Assembly (NCBI GenBank): GCA_964270895.1
Contig: OZ185445.1
Source: Podarcis filfolensis
Taxonomy: Eukaryota
DNA length: 64,000 bases
Reading direction: 5' to 3' (one strand)
In this document: piece after piece, positions 61,401 through 64,000 of the stretch
Position numbering within the stretch: the stretch's first letter is position 1
How the letters are laid out: every line of letters starts with the position of its first letter
The notes under the pieces: model-generated
Seen by the model: only the letters and a program-made list of their open reading frames with translations
Told to the model about the DNA's origin: nothing
The model's database searches: none
Made by a program: the position numbers and the translations under genes

Positions 61401-62895
61401 ACTGTATTATTAAATTGTGGAAACCTGTCTTGAGACCTCATAGGTGAAAAAAAAATAACAATTTACTATTGTTACTACTACTATTCCATTTGCTATTAAT
61501 GTTTATGTTTGACTCCTTTTTGATTATGCCCAGCACGTGCCAAGTTGAGGAGCATAACCAATTCCTCTCTTCAAATCAGAGGAAGTATGCATTAGTTCAA
61601 TAATATATTTAGGAAAATATTTTAAAAAAACTAAGAAGTAGTAGGCCATGGCTGAACGTCAGATAAAACATATCCCATGCCTACTTTTTATTTACTGAAC
61701 TTCTTTTTAACTTCCCTTGTTGGTGTCCTATGAAAGGTGGATTTTCTGTTGTTGCAGTAGACCAAAATTTGCTTTGTGTACTGGGCCACCAAGTCCAAAT
61801 CTTTTACCAGAATTTTTTGTGTCTGCTGAGTCAGAGTAGGTGTTGATTCCTCTTCCTGCTGATCATGTCCATGTGATCTCCACTTCCTTCCTCTCCTGCC
61901 AATTTCAGCAGAGTTTCTATATTTCCCCTTTAAAATGTCAACTAAGAATATGATGGAGTTGTGTAACATTAGCTAGCTATTTTTCTATCATCCTCAAGTA
62001 CAATATACTCTTAATCAATTTGCTGGCACTACTGCAAGTGTAAAAAGCATATTACCAAATCTTGGCTGGCATTGCTATGAACTAATTTTTGGAGGCTGTT
62101 TTGCATAACAATATTCCATCAGATCTAAAATACATATTTTTATATTAGTATCCTCACAGCCTCATCTTATGCATATTTACAAAGAAGTCTAACTGAGTTC
62201 AATGGAATTTTCTCTCTAGTAGATATGCATTGGTTGAAAAACCATGGAATAATAATAATAATAATAATAATCAGAAAGTAAATGGTTTATTAAGAGCTGA
62301 TTGCAAATTGCAATCATCAAATAGCAAGATTTTGCCTTTTTTTTAAAAAAAACCCCAACTTATTTCACAATTTGTAAACCATGTGTTCAAGGGGGACTTG
62401 TTTTCAAAAATTAGCGAAGCACTGACTTAATGAAAAACAGGCACTTCTTAAGGCAGTAATTCCCAAACAATAAGGGCATGGAAGCCTTGTAGTTTGGTCA
62501 TCCAGCTCTCAGCAGAGGGTAATAGAAACAGTATGTTTCATCAACTGGAATGGAGGCAGAACTCTCTGCTACTTTTGAAATCAACTCCTCTTCCCTCTCG
62601 TTAAGCTGCCAGTGTGACATTGTGACATTTTTGTCAGCGTGTCCTGAACTGTGATGTAAAAGCAATGTTGTGGTTCCACACAAAGTTGGTCATGCTTTGG
62701 TCCTATTGAAAGCAACGGTACTTTGTAAGGTAATAACAACCAACTTATCCCACCAATTTCAATGTGACATTCTGAATCTAATCTGGTGGGTGCCTTTTTT
62801 ACAAACCCTCGTTCTAAGACTCCAGATCTTCCCGTCAGATTCAGTTAGGAATCCAGTGTCAACATAAACCAAGGGGCAGGAGTGACTCCTGTTTA

Positions 62896-63129
<234 letters not shown>

Positions 63130-64000
63130 CTATCTTAGAGGAGTCACAAACTAAATCTTCCTAAACACTACATACAATCCACATCTCTCACATCCATGTC
63201 TGGTTAACAAGAACCAAGAGTCATTTTTCTCAAGATCAAAAGGGGGGGGGGATATGAAAAGACAACGTGCCTTGCAGATTGGCAGATACTGTGAAACACA
63301 GCACTCTCCAAAGCAATTTTTCTCATAAATCTTCAAGGCATTCTTCCTCATAAGGACACCAGCTGAGGAGTACACTTAAGTCTGCCAGATCAAAATACCA
63401 GAAATGTGTCCGACACTGTGGAGCTTTGCTCTTTGTTATATGGACCTGCAGCTATGCCGAAACAAATGATGCTGGCCATCCATTAGGCAGGTTGTGGTTT
63501 GAATTAACCCCGTTCAAAGAGCCTGAAGATGAAGGGCATCTTCCAGCCTTACTTTAAAGCAAAGAGACAGAGCATTGGTGCAAGTTTCCTTTGTTCTGGG
63601 AGTGGGGAAATTTGGGGGCAGGGGTGCCATAACCATAAGGCTTCTTTCTTCAAAGCGTGCAGTAGGGGTCTTAACTGATCCATGGTTCAGCCCCAGCAGT
63701 TTGTGCACAGGACCAGATTTAATAATAACAGTGCCTCTGACCATGCGCAGAGAGCTTTTTTGATGGCTGGCAAGGGGCTTGTGGGCTGGAGTTAAAATGT
63801 CAGTGTTGCAGTAGGACAGAACTCCACTCCCTCCAGCATAAAGGAAATGAACCACCGCTAAGATAACAGAACGTTTGTCCTGAAAAACCTCCCCACTCCA
63901 GCGCCTCTGCACTGAATTGTAGAAGTTGATTTGTGGGTTGTTGTTGTTGTTGTTTTAACATTACTTTTTAAAGTACAGAGAAACAACCCTTGTTGAAAAA

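Noticed and set aside
63514-63912. 132-aa minus ORF as LOX exon 1 or a new gene
   Set aside because: No similarity to the LOX signal peptide, propeptide or Tyr-rich ...GYFQY end; it lies in intron 1. Exon 1 is outside the window.

Overview
Vertebrate genomic DNA. The repeat content (Sauria/Squam1 SINE, Squam3-type SINE, Bov-B, L2, CR1, Penelope, hAT and Tc1/mariner MITEs) points to a squamate, probably a lacertid lizard; this is inference. Two genes converge. (1) SRFBP1 (Bud22-family ribosome-biogenesis factor) on +, complete coding region in 8 exons (3931-47658, all GT-AG, phases consistent, 1296 nt = 431 aa + stop), with a CpG-island promoter near 3.7-4.1 kb. (2) LOX (lysyl oxidase) on -, coding exons 2-7 (63005 down to 55139) covering the catalytic domain; exon 1 lies beyond the window end. 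The rest is mostly transposon-derived. Most interesting: (a) Penelope-derived minimal hammerhead ribozyme motifs, where the copy antisense to LOX is intact and both LOX-sense copies carry helix-breaking changes, one possibly inside a long LOX 3'UTR; (b) a 1.7-kb Tc2-like non-autonomous transposon filled with nested palindromes and a 119-bp tandem array of two variants that differ in sequence but keep the same hairpins; (c) a (TC)20(TG)13 tract at the LOX exon 2 acceptor; (d) MITEs carrying promoter-like motif clusters. There is no CRISPR, rRNA or genuine tRNA gene. Repeat family names come from recognising consensus motifs, not from a database search.
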